From Candidatus Latescibacterota bacterium (GTDB lineage: Bacteria > Latescibacterota > UBA2968 > UBA8231): DNA of 64,000 nucleotides. Every line of letters begins with the position of its first letter. Position 1 is the stretch's first letter. Position numbers and translations under genes: made by a program. The notes beneath the pieces were generated by a model. That model saw only the letters and a program-made list of their open reading frames with translations. It was not told the DNA's origin and did no database searches. Below, one piece after another: positions 47,206 to 57,452 of the stretch. The stretch lies in contig OZ253462.1 of NCBI GenBank assembly GCA_965261395.1, positions 1,152,001 through 1,216,000 of the forward strand. The letters run 5' to 3'.

Positions 47206-48210
47206 TTAGACGCCGGTGAAGGCTTTGGCCTTGTCTTCGGTCTTGGGTGGCCGCGTCGGGCGGGTGGCGCGCACCTCGCCCCATAGGGCGATGGCGATGC
47301 CCACGAGGATGATGCCGCCGCCGATGAGCTGGGCAGGCATGGGCACCTCGCCGAGGATGAGAGCGGCGAAGAGCACACCGGCTATCGGCGAAAAGGACGC
47401 CGCCGTGGCAATATCGGCGGGGCGCACGCGCTTGATGCCGGCAAACCACGCCAACTGACCACAAGCCACCACGACCCCTCCGTACAGGAGCATCCAGCCC
47501 CATAGCAGCGGGGAGAAGATGTCGGCGAAGTGGTCAAGGCCAAAAACGTATAGGCCAATTCCGAGGAAGAAGAGCGCGCCGACTAGGTTGCGGAAGACGC
47601 TGAAGATGCCCAAGGGGATGGTCTGGAGTTGTTTGCGGCCGATTTCGGCACCGCAGACGAGGAGCACCGTAGCGGCGGCGGCAAAGAATTCACCATGGCC
47701 TACTCCGCCCTGCATCCGCGCTGCGGTCATGCTCTCTGGCGACGCGTCCATCTGCAAGACGAGGGTCGTGGCCACGCCGGCGAGGGCGCACAAGGCCCCC
47801 AGTACTGCACTCCAGCTCGACTTTTCTCGATAGAGCAGCCAAGCCAACAACAGGCCGAGGGGAATTTCTATCGTCTCAATTAGGACGATGTTGGTGACGG
47901 AGGTATGGGCGATGGCCGTAAACATCATGGCCGGGGCTATCGCGCCGGAGGTAAGGGCCAAGGCCGTCTGGATCAGCCATTGCCGAGGCGATAGGGAGCG
48001 CAGACGGGCGGGACGCCATTCCCGGTGATAGAGGGCCAACAGGGTTAGCGCCGCTACGAGATTGCCGGCGAAAAGTAGGTTGCAAAAGGAGATGGGATTG
48101 CGGCCGTCTATCAGGTTCGCCTCGCCGATTTCGACGAGACGGGCCACCACCGAAGCGGCGGCGGCGAAGATCAGTATGGCGATCCACAGGTATATGCGTC
48201 CCCAGGTCAT
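47206..48210 (-). CDS. DMT/EamA-family transporter
   Basis: About 10 TM helices in a two-repeat layout; ILGE...QLIGGGII. Confidence 0.85.
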   Translation of the reverse strand: MTWGRIYLWIAILIFAAAASVVARLVEIGEANLIDGRNPISFCNLLFAGNLVAALTLLALYHREWRPARLRSLSPRQWLIQTALALTSGAIAPAMMFTAIAHTSVTNIVLIETIEIPLGLLLAWLLYREKSSWSAVLGALCALAGVATTLVLQMDASPESMTAARMQGGVGHGEFFAAAATVLLVCGAEIGRKQLQTIPLGIFSVFRNLVGALFFLGIGLYVFGLDHFADIFSPLLWGWMLLYGGVVVACGQLAWFAGIKRVRPADIATAASFSPIAGVLFAALILGEVPMPAQLIGGGIILVGIAIALWGEVRATRPTRPPKTEDKAKAFTGV

Positions 48211-48213
48211 ATT

Positions 48214-49599
48214 TCAGGATTGGCCGAAGTTTTTTATCGTCAGTCCGTCATGTCCCTGATCGGGCAAGCCAACGTTATTCCACAGGTCGAGTTCAAACGA
48301 GTTGAGTATGCGAAGAATTTCGTCGCTGCTGCCAAGCGAGTATCTGGGAAATCGAGTGGAATCCATCGGAGTGCCAAGTGCAAGATCATTACCGAAACCT
48401 GTTCTCATTTGTCCTATATATTGATACCCTCGCAGGATTCGGAAATTTTCTATTTTCTCTGGCACAGATAAACGCGGCAAGGGATATCCGTAAATGCGCG
48501 TTTCCAATTCCAAAGCGTATTCAGCTACCGGAGCTCCAGCATGATTCCTGAGTCTATCAATCCAGACCAGCAAGTTGGCAAATATGGTAATTAGCCATTC
48601 AGCGGGCAGGATGCCTCCTCTGTATCGGTGGTCAAAGAATAGATTTGTTGAACGGAAAGAAGTCAGACCTAGTTCAACGAGTCCGTTACAGTGTATTTCT
48701 CGGTACACTTTTTTAGTAACGTTGAGTTCAGCATCAGCAAAGTTTCGGGGATGGGGATACCCGCCCATTTTTGCACCGCGTAAAATCGGTCGCCAGTCTT
48801 TCGCTGCGGCCGGGATTTTAAGGCTCCCACCTTCTAATTCGCAGAGATCATCGCCTGAGCTGGCTATAACGCTGTGCCAAGCCAACTCATCCCTCAACGC
48901 TTCATGGCTAGGGTCGAACCATATTTCGTCGCCCAAGGGTACAGCAGTTGCCCGGATGCCTATTGCATCTTGGTTCCAATCACTAAAGCCACGGAATTCC
49001 TCCTCGAACCGTTCCGACCGTTCATTGAGCAACGTATCGAGTTTTTCTGTTCCTCTTGCAAGATTGAGCACAAGGTCTTGGATTTCACGCATGGTCATTT
49101 TCTCACATCTATCAGATCGTCGGATGGGGCAAACAAGACTAGGTATGACGCGGTGTGGAGCCAGCCTTGAACGGCCGACGCGAATGACGATGGCACCGGC
49201 ATCATCTTGTGTTATTATGGGAATAATTTCAAGACCCGGAATGTGCGGTTCTACGCAATTGCCAAATACCGACTCTAGGCGATTTGCTAGGTCGGCACAA
49301 TGAGGAATAGGCGAAATTTCATTAGCGACTCCCGGCCCATTTCTGGACTCGTTCTGGTCTATACCCAGTATGAGAGCACCGCCAAAAGCGTTTGCAAAAG
49401 CGACAGATTTCTCAAGAATCACGTCTCTCGCTTTGTCGCCCAGCTTCTGGTTATAGTACCAAGAATCTTTTTGTCCCTTTTTTACTGATAAGTCTCTCTT
49501 GAATTCAATCCGTTCGTCTTCCTGAACACTTGAATCAATCAATGCTTGCAGATCATTGATATCCAACAGGTCGGCAGGTTTGGTGAGTATGTCTATCAT
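48214..49599 (-). CDS. Schlafen/AlbA_2-domain protein with unknown C-terminal domain; visibly lower GC
   Basis: EDERIEFKR, VAFANAFGGALILGI, APHRV, RRSD....MT. Confidence 0.85.
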   Translation of the reverse strand: MIDILTKPADLLDINDLQALIDSSVQEDERIEFKRDLSVKKGQKDSWYYNQKLGDKARDVILEKSVAFANAFGGALILGIDQNESRNGPGVANEISPIPHCADLANRLESVFGNCVEPHIPGLEIIPIITQDDAGAIVIRVGRSRLAPHRVIPSLVCPIRRSDRCEKMTMREIQDLVLNLARGTEKLDTLLNERSERFEEEFRGFSDWNQDAIGIRATAVPLGDEIWFDPSHEALRDELAWHSVIASSGDDLCELEGGSLKIPAAAKDWRPILRGAKMGGYPHPRNFADAELNVTKKVYREIHCNGLVELGLTSFRSTNLFFDHRYRGGILPAEWLITIFANLLVWIDRLRNHAGAPVAEYALELETRIYGYPLPRLSVPEKIENFRILRGYQYIGQMRTGFGNDLALGTPMDSTRFPRYSLGSSDEILRILNSFELDLWNNVGLPDQGHDGLTIKNFGQS

Positions 49600-49664
49600 G
49601 GGTCAGGTTTATCCCTTTTTTACCATTCCAACTTTTCGCGGCCAGTGCGTTTCGTGCTCCCACC

Positions 49665-49757
49665 TTACATCCACTCAGGTTCCGGCAGCTCTTTGACAAT
49701 GCGGTTGGCTTCCATGCTAACGCGGATGACGCAGGCGAGCAGTTTTAGCGGATAGTG
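49665..49757 (-). pseudogene. Remnant 3' end of a Type ISP (LlaBIII/LlaGI-like) restriction-modification gene
   Basis: Translates to HYPLKLLACVIRVSMEANRIVKELPEPEWM*, resembling the Type ISP C-terminal pattern YPLxLxxRVIxVSxETxxIVxxLP; no start or RBS. Confidence 0.6.
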
Positions 49758-49767
49758 ACGTAGTGGT

Positions 49768-51864
49768 CTAACGCGCTTCTGCCGCCCTCAGCACCATCTG
49801 TCCAAAATCGTCCACGCGCACTTGGTACTGAGGATGGACGACGGTAGTTGAATCAATCTCCTCGACGATGGCTGGCCCTTGCACCACCGCGCCAGCTCCT
49901 AGCCCATAACGGTCGTACACCGGGCAATCGACGTATCCCTCGCTCTCGGCAAAATACACCAGGCGCTGCCCTTTGGCCGTCGCCTCTCCGGTTGCCTTTG
50001 CCAGCGGTGCCAGCGCAGGTTTGGCGATCTGGCCGATGGCCGAGAGCCGCACACTGACCAGCTCGACGTCCTCGCCCGGCGCGCTAAAGCCATAGGCGCG
50101 ATCGTGCGTGCGGTGGAATTGCTCCAATAGCTGCTCTAGCTGCGCTGGGCCCAAGGCTTCGGTTGTCAACGGCAGCGTCAACTCGTGGCTCTGCCCAACG
50201 TAGCGCAGATCCGCTTGGCGTCTGAATTCCATCGCCGCTTCCGCCATCCCTTCGCGCCCAAGCGTTTCTCGCCCCTGCGCCTCTAACTCGCGAAAGGTCT
50301 GTTCCAAGGCGTGGGGAGCTACTTGGTCCAGGCGCTGGATGAGGGTGGTCGCGTAATCGTGTTTTAAGTCCGTCACCAACAGTCCCAGCGCCGAGGCCGT
50401 GCCCGGGCTTTGGGGAATGATCGCCACGGGAATATCGGTCAGAGCGGCGAGGCGATTGGCGTGAGCCGGCCCTGCGCCGCCAAAGGCTACCAGCGCGAAG
50501 TCGCGCGGGTCGTAGCCGCGCTGCACGGAGACCAGTCGCAGCGCGTTGACCATGGCGGTATTGGCGATCTCGACGATGCCGTGGGCAGCCTCGACCAGGT
50601 CCATGCCCAGCGGCTGGGCGCAGTGTTGTTCGATGGCGCGTTGTGCGGCCGCCGGGTCGAGGGCGATTTCGCCGCCGAGGAAATAGCTCGGGTTGAGCCG
50701 TCCCAATACGAGGTTAGCGTCGGTGACCGTGGGTTGCGTCCCGCCTTGGCCATAGCAGACCGGCCCGGGATCGGCCCCGGCGCTTTGGGGCCCGACCCGC
50801 AGGATGCCGCCCGGATCTACCCAAGCGATGGACCCGCCACCCGCGCCGATTTCCACGAGGTCGATTACTGGTGTGCGGATCGGATAGCCAGCGCCGCGAG
50901 TCGCCCCAACGCCCGACTGCGCCGTCGTCCCGACCTCGTAGTCCTTGGTCACGTTGGGCGTGCCGCCTTGAATCAGCCCGGCTTTGGCGGTCGTCCCGCC
51001 CATATCGAAGGAAATCACTTGGTCGTAGCCCTGCGCCTGCCCCAGATGCGCCGCCGCAATCACCCCGGCGGCTGGACCGGACTCGACCATGTACACCGGC
51101 TTTTGCCGCGCCGCCGCAAAGGTGTACACCCCACCGCTGCTCTGCATTACGAGCAGCTCGGCGGCGATACCGGCCTGTGCCAACCGATCTTCGATCCGCT
51201 GCAAATAGCGCGAGACCACTGGGCGGATGCAGCTATTGATCACGGTCGTGCTGGCCCGCAAGTACTCGCGGAACTCAGGCGCAACTTCCGCCGACAGCGA
51301 GACGACGGCCTCGGGAAAGACCTCGGCGATAATCTCCCCGGCCCGCCGCTCGTGGGCCGGATTGGCGTAGGCGTGTAAAAAGCAGACGGCGATGGATTCG
51401 ACGCCCTCGTCGCGCAGCTTGTTGGCTACTCGGCGCAAGGCGTCTTCATCGAGCGGTGTCAGCACCTGGCCTTGTGCGTCTAGGCGCTCGGGCACGCCAA
51501 AACAGTGGTGGCGCGGCACGAGTGGCCGGGGTTTTTCAAACTGCAAGTCGTAGAGGGTGGGGCGAATCTGGCGGGCGATCTCCAGCATATCGCGGAAGCC
51601 CTCGGTGGTGATAAAGCCCGTCGGCGCGACCTTGCCTTCGATGATGGCGTTGGTAGCGACCGTGGTGCCGTGGACGATGTAGGCCACGTCTTGGGCGGCG
51701 ATCTGCTGCTTGGCGAGCAGCCGCTGCACGGCTTCCATAAACCCGCCGGATGGGTCTTGGGGGGTCGAGGAGACCTTGCCGGTATAGATTTGCCCGGTCG
51801 CTTCGTCAATGAGCGCAATGTCGGTAAAGGTGCCGCCGATATCGACGCCGAGTCTATAGGCCAT
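49768..51864 (-). CDS. hyuA: Hydantoinase/oxoprolinase A subunit
   Basis: GVDIGGTFTD, HGTTVATNA, ESGPAAG, DMGGTT, GAGGGS, FGGAGP. Confidence 0.9.
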   Translation of the reverse strand: MAYRLGVDIGGTFTDIALIDEATGQIYTGKVSSTPQDPSGGFMEAVQRLLAKQQIAAQDVAYIVHGTTVATNAIIEGKVAPTGFITTEGFRDMLEIARQIRPTLYDLQFEKPRPLVPRHHCFGVPERLDAQGQVLTPLDEDALRRVANKLRDEGVESIAVCFLHAYANPAHERRAGEIIAEVFPEAVVSLSAEVAPEFREYLRASTTVINSCIRPVVSRYLQRIEDRLAQAGIAAELLVMQSSGGVYTFAAARQKPVYMVESGPAAGVIAAAHLGQAQGYDQVISFDMGGTTAKAGLIQGGTPNVTKDYEVGTTAQSGVGATRGAGYPIRTPVIDLVEIGAGGGSIAWVDPGGILRVGPQSAGADPGPVCYGQGGTQPTVTDANLVLGRLNPSYFLGGEIALDPAAAQRAIEQHCAQPLGMDLVEAAHGIVEIANTAMVNALRLVSVQRGYDPRDFALVAFGGAGPAHANRLAALTDIPVAIIPQSPGTASALGLLVTDLKHDYATTLIQRLDQVAPHALEQTFRELEAQGRETLGREGMAEAAMEFRRQADLRYVGQSHELTLPLTTEALGPAQLEQLLEQFHRTHDRAYGFSAPGEDVELVSVRLSAIGQIAKPALAPLAKATGEATAKGQRLVYFAESEGYVDCPVYDRYGLGAGAVVQGPAIVEEIDSTTVVHPQYQVRVDDFGQMVLRAAEAR

Positions 51865-53590
51865 TGTCTGCCATCTCCCGCCGCCGCGCCTCGGTCGCCG
51901 CTTGATCGACTTGCCCACTGGCGCTGTCGATGACCACGCCATACGCGGCCCGCGCCCGCTTCGCGCTCACCTTGCCCTCGCGTACATCCTCGGCCACCGC
52001 TTGGGGGTCGCGCTGATGGGGTGGCCCGTAGCCGCCGCCGCCGCAGGTGCGATAGCTAAAGACCGTATCGGCCGCTAGCGCGATCGTCGTCTTGGACCCC
52101 AATTCGACATGCTGGCCTTCGGGGTCGAGGATATACCGAGCCTTGCCCCCGGCTTGCCCCCCAGCCAGCCCTTCCGGCCCCCAGCGGTCCCGATCCGACA
52201 GAACGGTAAAGGACACTTCGTGATCGGTAAATCGGTAGTCGCGCCGCAGTCCCAAGCCGCCGCGATACTGCCCAGCCCCCTCCGAGTCCTCTATCAGCTC
52301 GTAGCGATCAATCCGCAGCGGATAGTTGATTTCGATCTCCTCAATCGGCGCGTTTTCGGTGTTTTGACCGTGGCACTGCACCGCGTCCGGTCCGTCCTTG
52401 GTACTGCGCCCCCCATAGCCGCCCGCCATCGTCTCGTAGTAGGAATAAAGCTGCCCCGTGCGCGGGTCGGTGCCGCCGAATCCCACTTGGCACATCGTCC
52501 CCTTGGTCGCGGCCGGGATTTTATCGGGCAGCGCCGGATGCAGTGCCTTGAGAATGATATCGGTCAGCCGCACCTGGGTCTCCCAACCTCCAACCACTGG
52601 CGAGGGGGCCGTACAATTGACGACCGTCCCCTCGGGAGCCACGAGCCGCACCTGCGCGTAAAACCCGGCGTTGACCGGCACGTCTTGGTCGATCAGGCAC
52701 TTGAGCACGTAGGCGCAGGCCGCAAAGGTCTGGGAGTAGGTGGAATTGACCGGTGCCCGGCGCTGCGGATCGCACCCCGTTAGGTCGAAGAGTACCCCCT
52801 CGTCGTCGATGACGATGCGGACCTGGAGCCGCACCGGCTCGTCGGTAAAGCCGTCGTTATCGACGACGCCAGCGGCAGTGAACTCCCCTTTGGGCAACTT
52901 GGCCAACTCGGACAGCGTCCGCTCCCTAGTGTAGTCAATAAGCCGATCCATATAGAAAGACGCCTGCGCCAACCCCACTTGCTCGACGAGGGAGTTGAGT
53001 CGGCGAATCCCCGAATTATTGGCCGCCACCTGGGCGCGAAAGTCGCCGCGCGTCTCCCGCTTGGAGCGGATCTGGGCAATGACGAGTTCAAAGATATCGG
53101 CTGCGATCTCCCCACCGCGCACCAGCTTTACCGGAGGAATGATGATGCCCTCCTGATACACCTGCTGGAAGGCTCCAATGCTGGCCGGCGCGCCGCCCCC
53201 GACATCGACGTGATGGGCCAGATTGGCCACATAGCCAAAGAGTTCCTCGCCGCAATAGACGGGCGAAATCAGCGTGATGTCGTTGAGATGGACTCCGCCG
53301 CGATAGGGATCGTTGACGAGGATTGCGTCCCCGGCCTGCAAGTTTTCTGGACCGTATTCGGCGACCGCGCGGGGCGTGAGGATCGTCAGCGAGCCGAGGT
53401 GTACTGGCTGGGTAAAGGCTTGGGCGATGGGTCGCAACTGGCGGTCGAAAAAGGCGCAGGAGAAATCGGCGCGGGTTTTGATGTTGGTCGAATAGGCGCT
53501 GCGCCGGAGGGCGACGGCCATCTCCTCGGTTGCTTCGAGCAAGGCGTTGCGAATGACTTCGAATTGGATGGGGTCGATCTGGTCGGGCAT
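51854..53590 (-). CDS. hyuB: Hydantoinase B/oxoprolinase subunit
   Basis: Start MPDQIDP; DFSCA, PVHLG, NDPY.GG.HL.D, HHVDVGG, QEG, GGGGYG.P. Confidence 0.9.
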   Translation of the reverse strand: MPDQIDPIQFEVIRNALLEATEEMAVALRRSAYSTNIKTRADFSCAFFDRQLRPIAQAFTQPVHLGSLTILTPRAVAEYGPENLQAGDAILVNDPYRGGVHLNDITLISPVYCGEELFGYVANLAHHVDVGGGAPASIGAFQQVYQEGIIIPPVKLVRGGEIAADIFELVIAQIRSKRETRGDFRAQVAANNSGIRRLNSLVEQVGLAQASFYMDRLIDYTRERTLSELAKLPKGEFTAAGVVDNDGFTDEPVRLQVRIVIDDEGVLFDLTGCDPQRRAPVNSTYSQTFAACAYVLKCLIDQDVPVNAGFYAQVRLVAPEGTVVNCTAPSPVVGGWETQVRLTDIILKALHPALPDKIPAATKGTMCQVGFGGTDPRTGQLYSYYETMAGGYGGRSTKDGPDAVQCHGQNTENAPIEEIEINYPLRIDRYELIEDSEGAGQYRGGLGLRRDYRFTDHEVSFTVLSDRDRWGPEGLAGGQAGGKARYILDPEGQHVELGSKTTIALAADTVFSYRTCGGGGYGPPHQRDPQAVAEDVREGKVSAKRARAAYGVVIDSASGQVDQAATEARRREMADNGL

Positions 53591-53664
53591 GGTTTCTCGT
53601 GGTTGAAAGGGGTTGGGTAATATACGCCAGACGCCGCCCAGAGCCAGCAACGGCGGCCTGCTCG

Positions 53665-54588
53665 CTAGACCTCGATCTGCGCCAGATAAATACTGGTTTT
53701 CCCTTCGTGCGACGAATAGTAACTCATCCACAGCAAGCCCTCGTGCTCGACCATGCCGGGGTAACTACAGTCGCCGCCGCTGGGTAGCCATAGCACCGGC
53801 TCATAACTGGTCGGCGTCATCCGCGCTAGGACCATGGCCGCGCCGCCTTCGGGATGCCGCCCGCGGGCACCGGCCCACAGCGCACCGTCCGACCAGCGAA
53901 TAAAATTAGGCCCTCCCATCCCCTCGTTTATCTGGGTCCACTGCCAGTCTGTGTACGGAGACAGGCTAGTCCCGATCCAGTCGGGCCGCACCAAGGCAAT
54001 CATGGTGCCGTCGGGCATAAAGCGCAGCGTGGTCTCGCTAGCTGTCCAAGTGTCGTTGGGCAGGAAGAACTCGGTGATCCACTGCCAGTCGAGGCCGTCG
54101 GTGCTGGAGTAGAGAAACCCCCGGCGCGGATAGGACCCCTCGCCCAGCTTCGATACACTGTAGGCGGTTCCCTCGTGCCAGGTGACGCGCCACAGCCAGT
54201 GGTCTTCCGCCAGCACTTTCTGCGGCGTAGTCCAGGTGTAGCCGTCGTCCGAAAAGGCAATGCGCGGTGCGCGGGTGCCGTACTCGGTGCCCGCGTACAG
54301 GCTGCCGCCGGCGACCAACATCAGGCGTCCGTCGCTGGCGACCGACAGCTTGGGATCGCGCAGGTCCACCTCCTGTTCCGCCAGCACTGCTGCCGACTCC
54401 CAAGCGCGGCCATCGTCTGAGCAAATGACGCGCACGGTGCCGATGCTCGGCCCGTGGTCTTGGGCCTCGCGGAACGTACACCACCACCGATCGGCGAAGC
54501 GCATCAGATCGGTGAAGGCGTTGTGCGGGCCGCGCTCCCAGATCTTCTCGACCGAGAGGATTTGCGGCGTTGTAGGGTGCGTATTCAT
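53665..54588 (-). CDS. BNR/Asp-box beta-propeller protein (sialidase-like)
   Basis: HNAFTDL, SDDGRAW, DLRDPKL, SDDGYTW, STDGLDW, GDCSY. Confidence 0.75.
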   Translation of the reverse strand: MNTHPTTPQILSVEKIWERGPHNAFTDLMRFADRWWCTFREAQDHGPSIGTVRVICSDDGRAWESAAVLAEQEVDLRDPKLSVASDGRLMLVAGGSLYAGTEYGTRAPRIAFSDDGYTWTTPQKVLAEDHWLWRVTWHEGTAYSVSKLGEGSYPRRGFLYSSTDGLDWQWITEFFLPNDTWTASETTLRFMPDGTMIALVRPDWIGTSLSPYTDWQWTQINEGMGGPNFIRWSDGALWAGARGRHPEGGAAMVLARMTPTSYEPVLWLPSGGDCSYPGMVEHEGLLWMSYYSSHEGKTSIYLAQIEV

Positions 54589-54673
54589 CGTTTGTCTCCT
54601 TGTTAGACTGGTCGCGGAAGCTGTTTCACGTCCTCTTCTACGTCAAGTGTTACCCTACCGTCGATGTGGCGGC

Positions 54674-54707
54674 TCGATTTGACATATCGATATGCAAGTT
54701 TGATTAT
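54674..54707 (+). promoter_or_regulatory. TTGACA -35 box overlapped by palindrome CATATCGATATG, upstream of the ATPase pseudogene
   Basis: TTGACA 54679-54684; perfect 12-bp palindrome 54683-54694; weak -10 (GATTAT) 17 bp downstream. Confidence 0.55.
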
Positions 54708-54754
54708 GGGCACCACACGTAAGGGGTGCTGGCTCCAGAACGAAAATTGAGATC

Positions 54755-55910
54755 ATGCTTGGGCAAACCACAATTTTTGCCGACTCTGGCCTCCCGCCTG
54801 CTCTCGTCGATAATTTGCGGCGTTTCAATCCGTGGTGGGAAAACGAAGCGATGCCACTGCAGCCGACGACGAGACGGCATTTGGTGGCGCAGATGCGCCG
54901 GCGTTTGGATGCCAATATCGCGCCGATTATCGTCGTTCGAGGCCCGCGCCAAATCGGCAAGACCACGGCGCAGTTTCAAATCATTCAAGACTTGCTCGAC
55001 GAGGGCGTGGATCCGAAACAGATTCTTCGCGTCCAATTCGACGATCTTGAAACCTTGGGCAAGTTGCCGGAACCGATCTTGCGCATTGCGGATTGGTTTG
55101 AGCGGCGCATTACCCCAAAGCGGCTCAATGCATTAGCTCAAGCCGGCGCAACGGCCTACTTGTTTTTCGACGAGATTCAAAACCTCGATGGTTGGGATGT
55201 GCAACTCAAGTCGTTGGTTGACAACGCTTCCGTCAAAGTGGTCGTCACCGGCAGTTCGGCACTGCGCATCGAATTGGGGCGGGACAGTCTCGCTGGCCGG
55301 ATCAATACGATCGAAGCGGGTGTCCTTTCGCTCACTGAGATTGGTGCGCTACGCGGCTTTGCGACGCCGGAACCCTTTCTCGGAGATAATGGTCTGGCGA
55401 ATCTATTAGAGAAGGAGTTTTGGCGTGGCTTGCGCGAATACGGGATTGAACATGGAGCATTTTGCGCAGAGGCATTTGTTCATTTTTCGGAGCGCGGCGG
55501 CTATCCCATCGTCCATCATCGGAAAGAGGTAGAATTTTCTCAACTGGCCGATCACCTCAACGAGACGGTCATCAAAAGGGTCGTTCAGCACGATTTGAGA
55601 TTTAGCGGAGAGTATTTTTGGCTCGGTTGCGTCAACGATTCACGGCTTGGACATTGCTCATTTCCCCGAAAGGGGTACGGACCAGGAAGTTGACTTTGTA
55701 TTGACGGCCGGCAGCGTGCGTATCCCGGTAGAAATCAAATATCAGAGACGCATAGATCCATTCCGCGATACGTTGGGTTTGCGCTCGTTTTTGGAAAAAT
55801 CCGTAAATAATGCGCCGTTCGGAATTCTGGTGACGCAAGATAATTCCGGCACGGTGGACGATCCGCGGATCGTCAGTTTGCCATTATCAACCTTCATGAT
55901 GCTCCGCTGA
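54755..55910 (+). pseudogene. AAA_14/DUF4143 ATPase disrupted by an internal deletion with frameshift near 55600
   Basis: First frame: GPRQIGKTT, FDEIQ, TGS, SLAGR, GGYP...VVQHDLR. A second frame starts immediately with LAESIFGSVASTIHGLDIAHF...EVDFV...VEIKY. Confidence 0.8.
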
Positions 55911-56026
55911 ATGGCTTAGCTTCTCCTCTCGACCTTCATCGATTAGTACTCGGCGACGGACCCGTCCCGGTGCCGATTGTCCGGCCATTTGAACGTCCAT
56001 ATTGGTCTGGATTTCCAGCCATTTTT

Positions 56027-56065
56027 TATTATGTTTCTTAAACATAATGTTTGAGAAGCATAATA
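56027..56065. promoter_or_regulatory. 39-bp near-perfect AT-rich palindrome just upstream of the ATPase start (putative operator)
   Basis: TATTATGTTTCTTAAACAT-A-ATGTTTGAGAAGCATAATA; 17 of 19 arm positions pair. Confidence 0.7.
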
Positions 56066-56078
56066 GGGAAGCTATGCC

Positions 56079-57452
56079 ATGCGCCTCGAGTTTTTGGACA
56101 GAACGCGGGAAGTTGATCGACTGACCAAGGCCCTCGCTGCCCAAGATCCCGGTTTTATCGTGGTCTTCGGCCGGCGTCGATGCGGCAAGTCAACTCTTTT
56201 ACAGCAGGTGATTCGCCCGGGCGATATCTACTACGCGGCCGACCAGCGCGAAGCCCCTCTGCAACGCCGCACTCTAGCTGGGGAAGTGGCTCGGCGCATT
56301 CTGGGCTTTGCCGCGGTCGAATACCCGTCTTGGCTGGCCCTGCTCCAGACTTTGGACGCCCGCGCCGAGCCAGGCACTTGTTTGGTCTTGGACGAGTTTC
56401 CCTATCTAGTGCAGATCTCACCCGAATTGCCCAGCCTAGTGCAAAAATTCCTCGACGACCCCGCCCGCCGTATCCATCTGGCCATTTGCGGTTCGTCCCA
56501 AGGGATGATGCAGGACCTAATCCTCAACGCCGCCGCGCCCTTGTACGGCCGGGCGAGCCAAGTGCTGGCGATCCGTCCTCTGGCTCCCTTTTGGATACAG
56601 CAAGCCCTCGAGGTCCACGGTACTGAAGCCATTGAACAGTATGCGGTTTGGGGCGGCGTGCCGCGCTACTGGGAACTCGCTCGGGATTGCACCGGCCTGC
56701 AAGCCGCCATCGAGGAACTGGTGCTCGACAAATACGGCGTCCTCCACAGCGAACCCGAGCGCCTGTTGCTCGACGACATGCGCAGCTCCGTGCAGGCTAA
56801 TTCCCTGCTGTCGCTTATCGCCAATGGCTGCCATCGACTCACCGAAATCGGTGCGCGGCTGGGCAAACCCGCAGGTCATTTGGCCCGCCCCCTCGCCCAG
56901 TTGATCGAACTGGGCTATATCCGGCGGGAAGTGCCCTTTGGCGAGACCACCAAATCGACCAGGCGCTCTCTATACAAACTGAACGACCCGTTTCTGATCT
57001 TCTGGTACCGCTATGTCCAGCCCAACCGGTCGCTGTTGGAACGCGATTTAATCGACGATGTATCCCGCGCTATTAGGCCAACTTTTGCGCAGCACGTCGC
57101 CGATATATGGGAGGATCTAGCCCGCCTGTCCACAGCCGCCCTGCCCGTTGGCAATATCCGGTGGAAACCAGCCCAGCGGTGGTGGGGGCGCGGCTTGGAC
57201 GGGCAGCCAATGGAGATCGACCTGGTCGCCGAGGCCCTCGATGGCGAGGCCCTGTTGCTAGGCGAAATCAAATGGCGGGAGCGGCCGAATCAGGGCGCTG
57301 TTTTCGACCGTTTGCGCTACTGCGCGGCAAACTTTCCCCAAGCCCGAGGAAGGGAGACGATCCTAGGGGCTTGGCTCAAGCGGGGGACCGCTAAAACCCA
57401 ACCAAGAGAATTCGTCGTCCATCCAGCAGGAACGCTGGAGGTGCTGCGCTGA
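56079..57452 (+). CDS. Archaeal-type ATPase (ATPase_2) with wHTH and DUF234/PD-(D/E)XK domain
   Basis: FLDR..E, GRRRCGKS, LDEFPYL, CGSS, PLYGR, GGVPRY, DPFLIFW, RWWG...EIDLV...GEIKW. Confidence 0.9.
   Translation: MRLEFLDRTREVDRLTKALAAQDPGFIVVFGRRRCGKSTLLQQVIRPGDIYYAADQREAPLQRRTLAGEVARRILGFAAVEYPSWLALLQTLDARAEPGTCLVLDEFPYLVQISPELPSLVQKFLDDPARRIHLAICGSSQGMMQDLILNAAAPLYGRASQVLAIRPLAPFWIQQALEVHGTEAIEQYAVWGGVPRYWELARDCTGLQAAIEELVLDKYGVLHSEPERLLLDDMRSSVQANSLLSLIANGCHRLTEIGARLGKPAGHLARPLAQLIELGYIRREVPFGETTKSTRRSLYKLNDPFLIFWYRYVQPNRSLLERDLIDDVSRAIRPTFAQHVADIWEDLARLSTAALPVGNIRWKPAQRWWGRGLDGQPMEIDLVAEALDGEALLLGEIKWRERPNQGAVFDRLRYCAANFPQARGRETILGAWLKRGTAKTQPREFVVHPAGTLEVLR

Noticed and set aside
55590-55700. 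Programmed frameshift joining the two ATPase ORFs
   Set aside because: No slippery run at the junction, and about 100 residues are missing relative to the intact family member, so deletion fits better.
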